Virus record (IMG/VR): IMGVR_UViG_3300008261_000005
Length of the DNA: 64,000 bases
Strand: one strand, 5' to 3'
Origin: a virus
The first letter of the stretch is position 1, and each line of letters starts with the position of its first letter. The notes below the pieces were generated by a model. It had not been told where the DNA came from. It was given only the letters and a program-made list of their open reading frames with translations, and searched no databases. A program made the position numbers and the translations under genes. Shown piece after piece: positions 45,201-55,269 of the stretch.

Positions 45201-46263
45201 CGACGATCACGAAGGACATAGTGTAGTAACCATTGGCACAGACATATATGTTGTAGACGAAAACGACGAAGGTGATTCTTTTGTCAGCAAGTTGGACAGT
45301 GCAGGTACAGTCAAGTGGCAGAGACGCATTGAAGGTCAGGATATAACCATTGCCCGTACACCAGACGGAAATCTATTAGTAGCAGCTGAAGAAAGCTCAG
45401 ACAATCCTACCACAACCGGCGACAGTGCTATTAAAATATTCCTACTAACACCCGCAGGAGAAACTGTTTGGAAGCGTTGGCTGTCTCCTAACATTGAATA
45501 TGATGCTTACATTGGCAGTTCTGGTGAGTGTCTAGTCACAGACATGCACAGTTTCTATATTACGGGACGTAACTATGACGACAATAATAATTGGGCTTGG
45601 GCTGCTCGCTTGCCTCTAGATGGCACGGGCACAGGCGAGTATGGACAGTTCTACTACACAGATGTCAATTCAGATACTAACGATCTCAGCGACATCAACT
45701 ATAGTATTGATGTTGTTGATATAGCGGACTCGAATAACTATGCTGGCCTATTAGGAGACAGCACTGATCCATTGATCAAAACCACGCCCACAGTGACTGT
45801 GACTACTAACAACACTAGCGACTATGACGTTGACGGCTACTATCCACCAATAGTCGTAGAAATTGTACGTGACACAGACGGCGGCAACATGGTGTTTGCC
45901 GATGGTACCAAGCAGAATACTTCAGCCACAGACATTCCACAGAGACTGTTCAATGGTGTAGCATATACGCTGGGTATGGGGGATCGCGGACATCACATTC
46001 TTTGTACTGACGACCTTGAAAGCATTCGTATTCCCTACAATGCTCGTGTAGAGTTTCCCGTAGGCACAGTGATTACCATTGTGAATCCCCGAGGTAATAG
46101 TGTGGCTATCAACACAGAAGGCGGCAGTATACAAGTGCTGATTCCTGGTGATGATAATTACTCAAACGGTGGCAATTTTGATTTGTTTGCCTACGGTATG
46201 GCCACGCTGTTAAAGATTGGCACGGATTCGTGGGTGATCTCTGGCAATGTTGCACCAGATTAA
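42217..46263 (+). CDS. Tail fibre/adhesin with Mtd-type N-terminus and beta-propeller repeats
   Basis: IKLRRDTAANW...GEPGLETDTGKVKYGNG; repeated KY/KL-x3-G-x-V-x-WQK/R blades. Confidence 0.8.
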   Translation: MTTRIKLRRDTAANWTQTNPVLAAGEPGLETDTGKVKYGNGTSTWSQLSYGGGGAASLTDEGNVVITAGSTEHWIATQRSEEGNTTPNALRYDSLGNLYSLTRTDEDNDNYSIAVLTKYTATGTVAWQKSFSEYYPVALAVDSSDRAYITLNEDGPRVTVMQFFSVVDGGLGPSIVLIMEISITDGSVLLKKSLQLPVTDLVVVTGIDVDPDENVFVTGYYNDTNAGIDKMFIEKLDEDLAEVWSKSLEAPDNYDMYGGDCASDALGNIYVVGTYEVKTTNSDINNTPEASAGILTKLNSSGAVQWTRRLGPGPCGSWIAGLTATATGDVYLSSVTFAKKTGPIPDVPENGLEGLGQNKMIVARYDTQGAVIWQRYVDVAHLEEEEPNQGPTVRGQAIAVFEDKFAVDGYGESWNTTPFDNGSSADDEYDYFVVQLPTAGTDLTIGGLHFTESRVPGRFVTHTTSDSPLTHENWDGTITATNSTLVPDADTTVANSLVQSETYQYTFGADGTLTIPNDGDLRLTQTQVGWFIGLDSRPSNDDIEGDCVAVDSQGYSYIGGEEDDSDDIFVMKVSPEGERLWSVTVYEDANGDDGNITALKIHPVTGNIMALGWVYGTYTYSVLYTLDQDTGRLLNVTEFKDSDADVELNTIAWTSDGAYVVGGRKMGEFSAEFPVVPQTGSGVGTIVILRSAVPEVEYINDEWQIGGTGISPFQTVNFSERYTGLTGTTREGSGADFTVTDNGNGTYTAQAALAGTNYLPGHKIKILGTDLGGATPANDCTITIDTITLSGGIVDVSNSGTAAGTEIHVYSVSGTNFEVGSGLTFTIQGPFIDNDYGSNFNITSQGSNYVNGDVITVLGTSLGGASPANNMTFTLFVDNGQVQYVYDVAGTSQSTTWKIETTAQVDFSAAGSWSVTYSRDNDCVLITPTWQRTFGTAKEKFDEIITLTVDSQDNIIATGDGYGELAANNFDDLSVVYKFNSTGTLQWARQLNGGNDDHEGHSVVTIGTDIYVVDENDEGDSFVSKLDSAGTVKWQRRIEGQDITIARTPDGNLLVAAEESSDNPTTTGDSAIKIFLLTPAGETVWKRWLSPNIEYDAYIGSSGECLVTDMHSFYITGRNYDDNNNWAWAARLPLDGTGTGEYGQFYYTDVNSDTNDLSDINYSIDVVDIADSNNYAGLLGDSTDPLIKTTPTVTVTTNNTSDYDVDGYYPPIVVEIVRDTDGGNMVFADGTKQNTSATDIPQRLFNGVAYTLGMGDRGHHILCTDDLESIRIPYNARVEFPVGTVITIVNPRGNSVAINTEGGSIQVLIPGDDNYSNGGNFDLFAYGMATLLKIGTDSWVISGNVAPD

Positions 46264-46272
46264 GGAATCGAG

Positions 46273-48417
46273 ATGCCCATATCACAAATATTATTAACCA
46301 GCAGTAGCAGCGGCGGTGGCGGTCCTTCTATTAACTTCTACGGTTGGTCAGCGGTGATGAATGAAGGGTCAACTAATACCGCAACTGTAGACTTTCAAAA
46401 TTATCCGCCAACTACTATATATTGGCAGATTGTGAATGATAGCACAGCGAACGCTGACTGGGTCACTGCTGAACCTAATGGAATGCCATTAGGATCTACA
46501 CAAATAGAGGGTACTGGTCAATGGTCTTTTAGTTGGACTGCCGCAGGGGATCTCACTACTGAAGGTGACCAGACTTATTATCTAAATGTGGGCACGGCGC
46601 TGGGCGGCAACGATCTCGGCAACTTTTTGTTGACTATCACTGACACCAGTCAAACACCAGAGCCAACATACACACTAACACCTGCCGCCGACAACGTTGA
46701 TGAAGGCAGCAGTTTAGAATTCACAGTTGGTGGAACTAATATCCCCAACGGCATTTATTATTGGACTGTGAACGGCAGCGGCGACTTTAGCACCGTAGAT
46801 GGAACAATTACCATTACAAATAGTAGTGCGTCATTCACAGTGACACCCACTGCTGATGCCGCAACCGAAGGAGAAGAAACATTTACAGCCCGTCTGCGTT
46901 CAGGTAGTATTACCGGAACCATATTAGCAACCAGTGATCCAGTTACCATCAATGACACAAGTCTTGATCCACCAGAGCCAACTTATCAAATAGCACCTAG
47001 AGCCAACAATGTCAATGAAGGCAGTAGTTTAATAATTGATGTAAGCGGAACTAATATTCCCGACGACACTTATTTTTGGACCGTAGAAACCCTTGCCAGT
47101 GATTTTGGTACAAGCAGTGGCGAAGTAGAAATTACCAATAACGCAGGTTCATTTACAGTAACACCTGATGCCGATGCTACCACTGAGGGTAGTGAAACAT
47201 TTACAGTCAGTCTTCGATCAGGCAGCATCACTGGTACAGTATTAGCAACCACCGACAATGACATTACCATCAATGACACCAGTCTTGATCCAGAGCCACC
47301 GTTTAGTTTACAGTTTAATCAACCTCAAGGAGATTATCTATCAACACCTGCCAGCACCGACTGGAACTTGGGCACATCTTGGACCATAGAGTTCTGGTTA
47401 AACGCCAATCGTTCAGGTGATGGCAGCGCAAATATGACTGGCGGCATATGGGGCTTGTTAAATCAAGAAGGTTGGGCCGCAACTAATGCTATAAACATAT
47501 CAATAAGTGACAGCAAATTAGTTGTTGGTCAAGGCGCTCAATATGACGATGTACGATACACTGAACCTACTCCAGCGCAATGGACACACGTGGCCATTGT
47601 CAACGACGCAGGCACACAGAAAGTATTCTATAATGGTGTTGAGCAGACTAAAGTTTCAGGAACATTTGGCACAGCCAACTATACTAACTCTACAGACAGT
47701 TTAGCCATAGGTAATATAAGCGGTGGCAACAACAGTTTTGATGGCAAGATGGCCATGGTTAGAATCAGTAACACGGCCAAGTATGCCGCGGCATTTACTT
47801 CCACAGTGACTTATGGTGTTGAATCAGATACTCGATTGTTCTTGGACTTGGGTTACCCGTTATCTGATACATCTTATTATGAGTTGAATAATGTGGCGTT
47901 GTCCGCCAGTAATGGTGGCCAACTGTATTTTTCTAAATCAACATATCCTAATTTAGATAAACAAGTTCGAGTAGGCAATACCGTAACAAATACTAGCGAT
48001 TCTACAACTTCATTAATCACCGCAGCAGTATTCACAGCAGATCCCGATAATTGGGGAATAAATATTTCACCTCCCCTAAGTGTTGCGGGAGCAGTAAACT
48101 TCACTGGTGCTAGACATACTATCGTCAACAACGGTACAACTGTGAGTGAAGAGTTCCCGAACACATTCACTGGATTGGTACATCCTTATGGTGGCGGCAC
48201 CTTTGGCACTACATACTGTCTTGCAGATAATCCTAGACTTGCTGAGGCTACGGCCATACCAGTCGGTGCTAGAATAACCAGCAACATAGCAGGCTTTGGC
48301 ACTAGAACTGTGACAGGAAATCAGTCAGACGGTGACGGTGGCAGAATCATAACATACGATCATACCGGGTTAACTGGCAACACCAGCACGTCACATGTGT
48401 TTAACTTCTACTGGTAA
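46273..48417 (+). CDS. Adhesin-like virion protein: Calx-beta-like repeats plus LamG/ConA-like domain
   Basis: Repeated NVxEGSS...DAxTEGxETFT...TINDTS; WTIEFW...WTHVAIV...FYNG. Confidence 0.75.
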   Translation: MPISQILLTSSSSGGGGPSINFYGWSAVMNEGSTNTATVDFQNYPPTTIYWQIVNDSTANADWVTAEPNGMPLGSTQIEGTGQWSFSWTAAGDLTTEGDQTYYLNVGTALGGNDLGNFLLTITDTSQTPEPTYTLTPAADNVDEGSSLEFTVGGTNIPNGIYYWTVNGSGDFSTVDGTITITNSSASFTVTPTADAATEGEETFTARLRSGSITGTILATSDPVTINDTSLDPPEPTYQIAPRANNVNEGSSLIIDVSGTNIPDDTYFWTVETLASDFGTSSGEVEITNNAGSFTVTPDADATTEGSETFTVSLRSGSITGTVLATTDNDITINDTSLDPEPPFSLQFNQPQGDYLSTPASTDWNLGTSWTIEFWLNANRSGDGSANMTGGIWGLLNQEGWAATNAINISISDSKLVVGQGAQYDDVRYTEPTPAQWTHVAIVNDAGTQKVFYNGVEQTKVSGTFGTANYTNSTDSLAIGNISGGNNSFDGKMAMVRISNTAKYAAAFTSTVTYGVESDTRLFLDLGYPLSDTSYYELNNVALSASNGGQLYFSKSTYPNLDKQVRVGNTVTNTSDSTTSLITAAVFTADPDNWGINISPPLSVAGAVNFTGARHTIVNNGTTVSEEFPNTFTGLVHPYGGGTFGTTYCLADNPRLAEATAIPVGARITSNIAGFGTRTVTGNQSDGDGGRIITYDHTGLTGNTSTSHVFNFYW

Positions 48418-48420
48418 TTG

Positions 48421-48858
48421 ATGTTTGAACAACGCAGGCTGGCAGTTGACGCAGGGCTGGCAGAACTGATCCAGGAACAGCGTGGATTGGACTATAGACG
48501 CAGATACGGCGCAGGCTGGCAGAGTATAGGGTATACTGGTCAGCCTTTTCCATGGTTTGAATCAACATATAGGGCAGTTGAAGCAGAAGCGGGTAGTATA
48601 GACACATGGTGGTTTAATGCGAACCTACAGGGCGAAGGCACGGGTTGGCATAGTCACAGCCAGTGGGCTAGAGTAGGTGTGCTGTATGTACAGGTTCCTG
48701 CGGGTGTTATAGAGTTCAAGCAGGGTGAAGCATATTGGACAGAGAGTCCTCGAGCAGGTGATTTACTGGTATTTCCTGGTAGTTTAGAACATAGAGTAAG
48801 ACCCAACACCAGCCAGGCAGTTAGGATCAGTATAGCATTCAACTTTAAGAAACGCTAA
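48421..48858 (+). CDS. 2OG-Fe(II) oxygenase superfamily protein
   Basis: WHSH...GVLYVQVP...GDLLVFPGSLEHRV...RISIAFN. Confidence 0.8.
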   Translation: MFEQRRLAVDAGLAELIQEQRGLDYRRRYGAGWQSIGYTGQPFPWFESTYRAVEAEAGSIDTWWFNANLQGEGTGWHSHSQWARVGVLYVQVPAGVIEFKQGEAYWTESPRAGDLLVFPGSLEHRVRPNTSQAVRISIAFNFKKR

Positions 48859-48879
48859 ATATACTAAAGAGATCAGAAC

Positions 48880-49587
48880 ATGCCAATTCAAACAATTTTA
48901 ATAGGTAACTACGCAAACGACGGGTCAGGCGATGATTTACGCACGGCATTTGAAAAGGTCAATGCTAATTTTGCTACTTTTAGTTCAGAAGCTATTGTTA
49001 ACGGTTCATATGTAGTTTCATTGGATTCCAATGGCAACTTGGTCATTCCAGGAACAATCAAAAGCAGCGGCCCTGTAAAAATTATTGCTGGTGGTGATGC
49101 ATTGAACCCCAATATCAATTATGTACAAATGCAATGGGCCAGTGATGTGGATAATCCAGATACTGGAAAAAATCAATATGTTTGGGCAGACACTGATGGC
49201 GTACATATCAATACTTCACTGTTTGGTACAGAAGGAGCCATATACGATAACCGTTGGTGGTTCAAGAATACTGGAATTTTAGAATTACCAAGTTTGGCTC
49301 AATTGGTGCCTTCAGAACCTGGTAACATAGATTTAAAAGCTGGTCCGGGTGGTTGGGCAGAGCTTGCTTCAAATAATGATGGTCAATTTGTTTGGGTAAC
49401 TGATGCAGCAGTTTACATTGGAACTGATTGTTTGAATACTCCTCGCATATGGCAATTTGGATTAGATGGTTCATTGACATTCCCAGATGGGTCAGTTCAA
49501 TTAACCGCTGGCGGAGCTGGAAGTGATTTAGACTTTGGCTCGTTTACAGTGCCAAGCACATACGATTTTGATCTTGGATCATTTTAA
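48880..49587 (+). CDS. Virion protein with gp9/gp10-like N-terminus
   Basis: NDGSGDDLRTAFEKVNANF; TAAATA at 48856. Confidence 0.75.
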   Translation: MPIQTILIGNYANDGSGDDLRTAFEKVNANFATFSSEAIVNGSYVVSLDSNGNLVIPGTIKSSGPVKIIAGGDALNPNINYVQMQWASDVDNPDTGKNQYVWADTDGVHINTSLFGTEGAIYDNRWWFKNTGILELPSLAQLVPSEPGNIDLKAGPGGWAELASNNDGQFVWVTDAAVYIGTDCLNTPRIWQFGLDGSLTFPDGSVQLTAGGAGSDLDFGSFTVPSTYDFDLGSF

Positions 49588-49605
49588 GGATTAGGGGAAT
49601 AATAA

Positions 49606-51180
49606 ATGGCATTACAAATTAGACGCGGTACTGAAGCGCAAAGATTAGCATTATCAGGTGTAGACGTTCCTTCACAAGGCGAACTGTTATACACAACAGA
49701 TACTAAAAAACTGTACATTGGTGATGGTGTTAGTGCTGGCGGACAAGATGCTGGATACTTTTCTTCACTGGCAGTTGCTGGACAGGACGCAGTGTTATCA
49801 TCTGGTGACAATAACGTATTAACAGTTGTTGCTGGCACAAATATCACATTAACTACCAATGACAATACTAATTCATTAACAATTGATGGGCCGGCAAACT
49901 TTAACGGTGGAACCATTGCTGCATTGGCAATAGGTGAAGCTTGGGCCGCCAATCCAACAACTTCTGTTGTGGACATTGAAGGCACTGGAAATAGATTAAT
50001 GCGTATGGCCGTAAACATGTCAACTTATGACAATGACGTAAGCCCAGTTATTCAAATTGCTGCTTATAGGGCCGCGCCCGCTAACAATAATGCTGGACCA
50101 ATGATTGAATTTAGACAATCAACCGTAACAGGATTGGACGAGGTCATAGCAAATATTAGATCAGTTGTTACTAATGTTGCCGATAATGCAGAATCTGGCA
50201 AATTGGTATTTGGAGTTGTTGACGCTGCCAACGTTGTTTCCATTGATGCAACAGGGGTTGTTGGCAATTTAACTGGAGATGTCACTGGTGATTTAAAAGG
50301 CAGTGTATTTGCTGATGATTCCAGTATGTTGGTTGATGCTATTAACGGAAACTTTTTTGGAAATTTAAATGGCAACGTAACTGGCAACGTAACTGGCAAC
50401 GTAACTGGAATTTTAACTGGCCATGTAATTGGTAGCGTGTTTTCCGACGATTCTACAGTATTAGTAGATGGACCATCTGGAGTGCTTAGAGGTGAACACA
50501 TTGGTATACTAACTGGTGATGTGTATGGTAGATTAATAACATCGCAATTAGAAATTGTAAATAACGCCATTGTTTCAAGATCTGGCAATGATTCCATATC
50601 CATGAATCCATCTGGAACTGGAGCAGTTAATATTTCCAGTAACTTAATAACTAATGGTCTTCAGATATTTGGACCATCAACTGACGGATCAAGTGGTGAC
50701 GGATCAATTACTGTAATCTCGCAATCTGTTACTGCATCACCATTAAGATTATTGGAAATACACAATACTCCACTTGGTACAGGTGGGGCTGTATTTGGTA
50801 GAGCTAGGGGTACAATTGTTACTCAAACTACTGTGCAAAATAATGACAGTATTAAAAACTTGATTTTTGCTGGGCACGACGGGACTGATTATAGGTCGTC
50901 TTCAATGATTACTGGTCTAGTTGATGGTACAGTGAGTGCCGGCTATGTTCCAGGAAGATTGGTATTTTCAACAGTTCACACTGATGGTAATCAGCTAACT
51001 AGACTGACCGTTAGTTCAACTGCTATAACTGGAACAGTTCCATTCCAAGTAGTAACTTATGCCGATGCCACTGCTCGTAATACGGCTATTACAAGCCCAG
51101 CGGCAGGTATGATTGTATTCTTAACTGGTACTAGCAAGTTTAGCGGATACAACGGTTCTACATGGGATAACTTAAATTAA
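49606..51180 (+). CDS. Tail-fibre-like protein with Mtd/hyaluronidase-type N-terminus
   Basis: LQIRRGT...QGELLYTTDTKKLYIGDG; GNVT/GDVT repeats. Confidence 0.75.
   Translation: MALQIRRGTEAQRLALSGVDVPSQGELLYTTDTKKLYIGDGVSAGGQDAGYFSSLAVAGQDAVLSSGDNNVLTVVAGTNITLTTNDNTNSLTIDGPANFNGGTIAALAIGEAWAANPTTSVVDIEGTGNRLMRMAVNMSTYDNDVSPVIQIAAYRAAPANNNAGPMIEFRQSTVTGLDEVIANIRSVVTNVADNAESGKLVFGVVDAANVVSIDATGVVGNLTGDVTGDLKGSVFADDSSMLVDAINGNFFGNLNGNVTGNVTGNVTGILTGHVIGSVFSDDSTVLVDGPSGVLRGEHIGILTGDVYGRLITSQLEIVNNAIVSRSGNDSISMNPSGTGAVNISSNLITNGLQIFGPSTDGSSGDGSITVISQSVTASPLRLLEIHNTPLGTGGAVFGRARGTIVTQTTVQNNDSIKNLIFAGHDGTDYRSSSMITGLVDGTVSAGYVPGRLVFSTVHTDGNQLTRLTVSSTAITGTVPFQVVTYADATARNTAITSPAAGMIVFLTGTSKFSGYNGSTWDNLN
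50371..50406 (+). repeat. 12-nt coding tandem repeat (GNVT x3)
   Basis: GGCAACGTAACT three times. Confidence 0.85.
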
Positions 51181-51219
51181 TGTATACTCCCTTGATAAAT
51201 ATTGTATCGAGGGCGAAGC

Positions 51220-53580
51220 ATGTTGAATATTTGGACTGAAAAATCTGGCTACACATTTGGTACTATACAAGAAGGCACAATTGTCAATCTTGCACTGCCA
51301 ATATCTTACTACGACCCAAGTGTTTCTTTTACAGTAATAAGCGGATCGTTACCTCCAGGGCTTAGAATAGTCAGTTCGTCTATTCAAGGAACCGCATATG
51401 AAGTTGCTAGAGCAACCACGTTTACGTTTTGCATACGTGCAACAGATAACGGAGAACGATCTGATCGAACTTTCACTATAAATATAGAAGGCGCAGACAA
51501 CCCTGACTTATTAAACGATGAAGGTTCATTACCAGTTGGTTCAAACAATGCCTTTTTTATTTTAGACTCGTCAGTTATTGATTTTCAAATTGATGCAATA
51601 GACTACGACACCGCAGCTGGTCAAACATTACAATTTTTTATATCCAGTGGAGATGGCGTATTACCTCCGGGATTAACAATGTCCTCAAGTGGAAGGATAA
51701 CTGGCTTAATTAAACCATTGTTAACAATTAACAGTATAAAAGACGGCAGTGGCAGTTATAACTCTGACTTATACGACAGCATTGGTTACGATTTTGGAAA
51801 TCGTCCAGACAACGGTTATGATAGTTTTGTTTATGATACAGTGACTTTTGATTTTAACTTGCCTATCACTACACCAAAAAAACTTAATAGAAATTATGAA
51901 TTTAGGGTAAGTGTAAGTGACGGGGATACTGTTACAAAGAAAACATTTAAAATTTATGTAGTCGGTGACGACTTTTTACGTGCGGACAACACCTTGATGC
52001 ATGTGGGCACTGGCGTATTTACATCAGATGGAACTTTTATAAGAAAGCCTATTTGGATAACTCCAGAAAATTTAGGAACACATCGAGCCAACAATTACTT
52101 GACTATATTATTAGACACGTACGAAGTTCCAGTTATTGGTCAAGTAATTTATAGTTTAGACGCAACAAATCCTGATTCAACTATAAGCGAACTACCTCCA
52201 GGTTTACAGTTTGATGTTACAACATCTGAATTGTTTGGAGTTGTTCCTTATCAACCAGCAATTACCAGGACTTATAAATTTACAATCACTGCCACTAGAT
52301 TTGGCCTTGACAATGAAACTGCTGCATCTAAAAGAACATTTATTATAAGAACATTGGGCGAGGTTGAAAGTGTGATGACTTGGTTAACCCCAAGTTCATT
52401 AGGTAGCATTGATGCAAATTATATTAGCACACTGGTAGTTTCTGCAACATCAACTATTCCAGATGCTACTATTTTATATAGAGTGACCTCGGGAATTTTT
52501 CCACCAGGACTAACATTAGAACTCAATGGTGAAATTACTGGTAAAGTAAATCAATACAGCGATGTGTCAACTCTTGGAATGACAACATTTTCAGATGGTG
52601 TATTCACTAATCAAACGTTTGACGGTGGTGTAACTAGTGTTGATAGAAACTTTGTGTTTACTATTACTGCACAAGATCAATACGGATACAGTGCTATAAG
52701 TAGAGAATTTACTTTAGGCATTAATACTCCCAATGATAGATTATATAGTAGCATTGTTGCTAGAACATTTATGAGTCAAGATAAACGTGCAATCTTTAAT
52801 AGTTTTATTAATGACAGTAACATTTTTACATCCAGTAGCATTTATAGACCCAATGATGTAAATTTTGGAATTCAACGAGATCTTAGAATGACTATTTACG
52901 GCGGTATAGAAACAAAAGTAGCCGGAGAATACGTGTCCGCCATGGGATTAAATCATAAACGTAAACGATTTACATTTGGTGATATAAAAACAGCCAGGGC
53001 CAAAGTTCCAGGAACAAATACAGTAGTTTATGAAGTGATCTATGTTGAGATGTTTGACCCGTTGGAGAAAGGAACAGCATATCTAAATTCAACTGTTACA
53101 CGTTCACCTGATCCTAAAAAGGTAACCGTAGACAGCGGAAATGGCATTTGGGCTCTTAACACCAATACTGCCCTAATGAATCGTGCAGAACCGTACTTGC
53201 CCCGACCAGATAATAGAATTACAATAGATCAAACAAACATACATATTAGCGATCCCAGTTTTAACATACGTTTTCCTAGCTCTATATCTATTTGGAGAGA
53301 AAGACTTAGGGCAGTTGGGTTAACTGAAAGAAATTACTTGCCGTTATGGATGCGCAGTATACAGGACATAACCAAACAAGAATTGGGGTTTACGTTGGCA
53401 GTTCCAATCTGCTTCTGTAATCCAGGAACTTCAGCAGATATCCTGCTGAATATCAAGTATAGTGGATTTGACTTTAAAAATCTTGACTATACTGTAGACA
53501 GATATATAATAGATTCCGTTACTGGTGAGAGTAGCGATAAATATCTAGTATTTAAAGATGACAAGGTAACCATATCATGA
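51220..53580 (+). CDS. Virion protein with putative Ig (He_PIG-like) domains
   Basis: Repeated SGSLPPGL/LPPGLT...G-I-G...FTFxI; TAAATA at 51196. Confidence 0.75.
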   Translation: MLNIWTEKSGYTFGTIQEGTIVNLALPISYYDPSVSFTVISGSLPPGLRIVSSSIQGTAYEVARATTFTFCIRATDNGERSDRTFTINIEGADNPDLLNDEGSLPVGSNNAFFILDSSVIDFQIDAIDYDTAAGQTLQFFISSGDGVLPPGLTMSSSGRITGLIKPLLTINSIKDGSGSYNSDLYDSIGYDFGNRPDNGYDSFVYDTVTFDFNLPITTPKKLNRNYEFRVSVSDGDTVTKKTFKIYVVGDDFLRADNTLMHVGTGVFTSDGTFIRKPIWITPENLGTHRANNYLTILLDTYEVPVIGQVIYSLDATNPDSTISELPPGLQFDVTTSELFGVVPYQPAITRTYKFTITATRFGLDNETAASKRTFIIRTLGEVESVMTWLTPSSLGSIDANYISTLVVSATSTIPDATILYRVTSGIFPPGLTLELNGEITGKVNQYSDVSTLGMTTFSDGVFTNQTFDGGVTSVDRNFVFTITAQDQYGYSAISREFTLGINTPNDRLYSSIVARTFMSQDKRAIFNSFINDSNIFTSSSIYRPNDVNFGIQRDLRMTIYGGIETKVAGEYVSAMGLNHKRKRFTFGDIKTARAKVPGTNTVVYEVIYVEMFDPLEKGTAYLNSTVTRSPDPKKVTVDSGNGIWALNTNTALMNRAEPYLPRPDNRITIDQTNIHISDPSFNIRFPSSISIWRERLRAVGLTERNYLPLWMRSIQDITKQELGFTLAVPICFCNPGTSADILLNIKYSGFDFKNLDYTVDRYIIDSVTGESSDKYLVFKDDKVTIS

Positions 53581-54485
53581 CCAGTGCAATAAACATAGAT
53601 AACATTAGCGGCACGTTTCCAGTAGCCGGGCAAGACAATAATAGCCAAGGTTTTAGGGACAATTTTACAAACATTAAAGCGGGTTTAAATGTTGCAAAGA
53701 GTGAAATCACAACTTTGCAAAATACAACTGCAAAACTTGATGATGACAACGACTTTAACGGACAAATTTTAGAAAACGCTGAATTTAATAAATTTTACGG
53801 TTCTGTTAGAAATAACGGTCCAATCAGTACTAATACTAGTGTAGACGTTAGAAACGGCCCTTTACAAATTTACACAATTGGGGCAAATCTCACATTGCAG
53901 TTTATTCAATGGCCCATAAGTGATAGATTTGCTAAGATCAGACTTCACTTAAAGAGTGATGCTACTATTAGAACTGTGCAATTTACTGCTGAATCAGGAA
54001 CTGGTAATGTAGAGTTTGATAACACATTTCCATTATTAACTGGATCTGCAACTGTACGAGCATTGACCCTGCCTGCAAATCAAGAATATCAGGTTGTTGA
54101 AGCATGGACTTTTGATGGTGGCATCAAAGTTTATATGAAATACTTAGGCTCATATACCGCTAGCGGCCCTCGAAACTTTAGTACAGAGTACACTGGCAGC
54201 GAGAATTTAGTTAGTGGTGCGGCTGCAAGTTTAGTAAAAACTGCAAGTACAATTTCAGTAAGTTCTCCTTCAACCGCCACACTTGCAGCGGGTATTGAGG
54301 GACAAATTAAAGTATTTGCAACTGTTGCTGCCGCTGGTCCTATGGTAATTACTGTTACTAATGCAGGCTGGAAATTGTTTGGCAATGGTACAATAACTTT
54401 GGCCGATGTGGGTGATGCATGTACATTACAATATATTGAAAGTAAATGGTTTTGTGTAGGTAATAACGGCGTAGTATTTGGATAA
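53577..54485 (+). CDS. Probable virion structural protein
   Basis: FPVAGQDNNSQGFRDNF then heptad coiled coil; coupled to upstream gene. Confidence 0.7.
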   Translation: MTSAINIDNISGTFPVAGQDNNSQGFRDNFTNIKAGLNVAKSEITTLQNTTAKLDDDNDFNGQILENAEFNKFYGSVRNNGPISTNTSVDVRNGPLQIYTIGANLTLQFIQWPISDRFAKIRLHLKSDATIRTVQFTAESGTGNVEFDNTFPLLTGSATVRALTLPANQEYQVVEAWTFDGGIKVYMKYLGSYTASGPRNFSTEYTGSENLVSGAAASLVKTASTISVSSPSTATLAAGIEGQIKVFATVAAAGPMVITVTNAGWKLFGNGTITLADVGDACTLQYIESKWFCVGNNGVVFG

Positions 54486-54724
54486 TGCCAGTAATCAATC
54501 CACTAGTTGATGACCTAAGTGGTCTTAAGGATGCCGAAGTCGAAGCTAAAATTGCCGACTTGAGTAAGAAGTATTGGTTGACTAGAAATCCTGACATACA
54601 ATATCAAATTAGCTGTTTCATCCAAATTTACAAGGATGAAATGTCTATGCGCCGTGCTAAAGCATGGGAACAACAAAACCAAAAGAGAAATAAAGATCTT
54701 GACAATTTAATACAAGTCAACTAA
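54485..54724 (+). CDS. Small helical hypothetical protein
   Basis: Coupled ORF. Confidence 0.7.
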   Translation: MPVINPLVDDLSGLKDAEVEAKIADLSKKYWLTRNPDIQYQISCFIQIYKDEMSMRRAKAWEQQNQKRNKDLDNLIQVN

Positions 54725-54733
54725 AATAGCTGT

Positions 54734-55243
54734 ATGACTTCAGATAAATTTGGCAATGTACTCTACGATTCTACCGATATAGTGAATATGCTATATAAGG
54801 GTGATGGCGAACACTTATCCAAAGTGTTATGCGAAAACAGCATTGACTTATCCAAACTAGCAGAAATTGCTAACATCCAACTCAATCACGTTGATCCAAC
54901 ACTATATGACATTGATGTAGAAACTTTTGACAGTATTTGTCAAAATGATTGGATGATGCCCGAAGAATACAAAACATTTGATATTGCTAAATGGGTGTTG
55001 GACAAGTGTGAAAATCAAGATCAGCTACAACGTGTTGGTGCAGAACTGCTTGAATTTCAACGAAGAAATATGTTACCATTGCTACAATGGCTTAAATATT
55101 TCGTAGATTATTGCAGAACTAACAATATAGTTTGGGGTGTAGGTCGTGGATCTAGTGTATCCAGTTATGTGCTATTTCTAATAGGCGTACATAAGATAGA
55201 TTCCATGAAATATAATTTAGACTGGCAAGACTTCTTAAGATAA
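54734..55243 (+). CDS. Stand-alone fragment of DNA polymerase III alpha (DnaE-like)
   Basis: LQRVGAEL...IVWGVGRGSSVSSYVLFLIGVHKIDSMKYNL matches the DnaE GRGS motif; only 169 aa. Confidence 0.75.
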   Translation: MTSDKFGNVLYDSTDIVNMLYKGDGEHLSKVLCENSIDLSKLAEIANIQLNHVDPTLYDIDVETFDSICQNDWMMPEEYKTFDIAKWVLDKCENQDQLQRVGAELLEFQRRNMLPLLQWLKYFVDYCRTNNIVWGVGRGSSVSSYVLFLIGVHKIDSMKYNLDWQDFLR

Positions 55244-55269
55244 ATACTACTATAATCCAGGAGATTAAT

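Noticed and set aside
42217-51180. Diversity-generating retroelement targeting Mtd-like fibres
   Set aside because: Only the N-terminal Mtd-like module is present; no reverse transcriptase and no TR/VR pair differing at adenines seen
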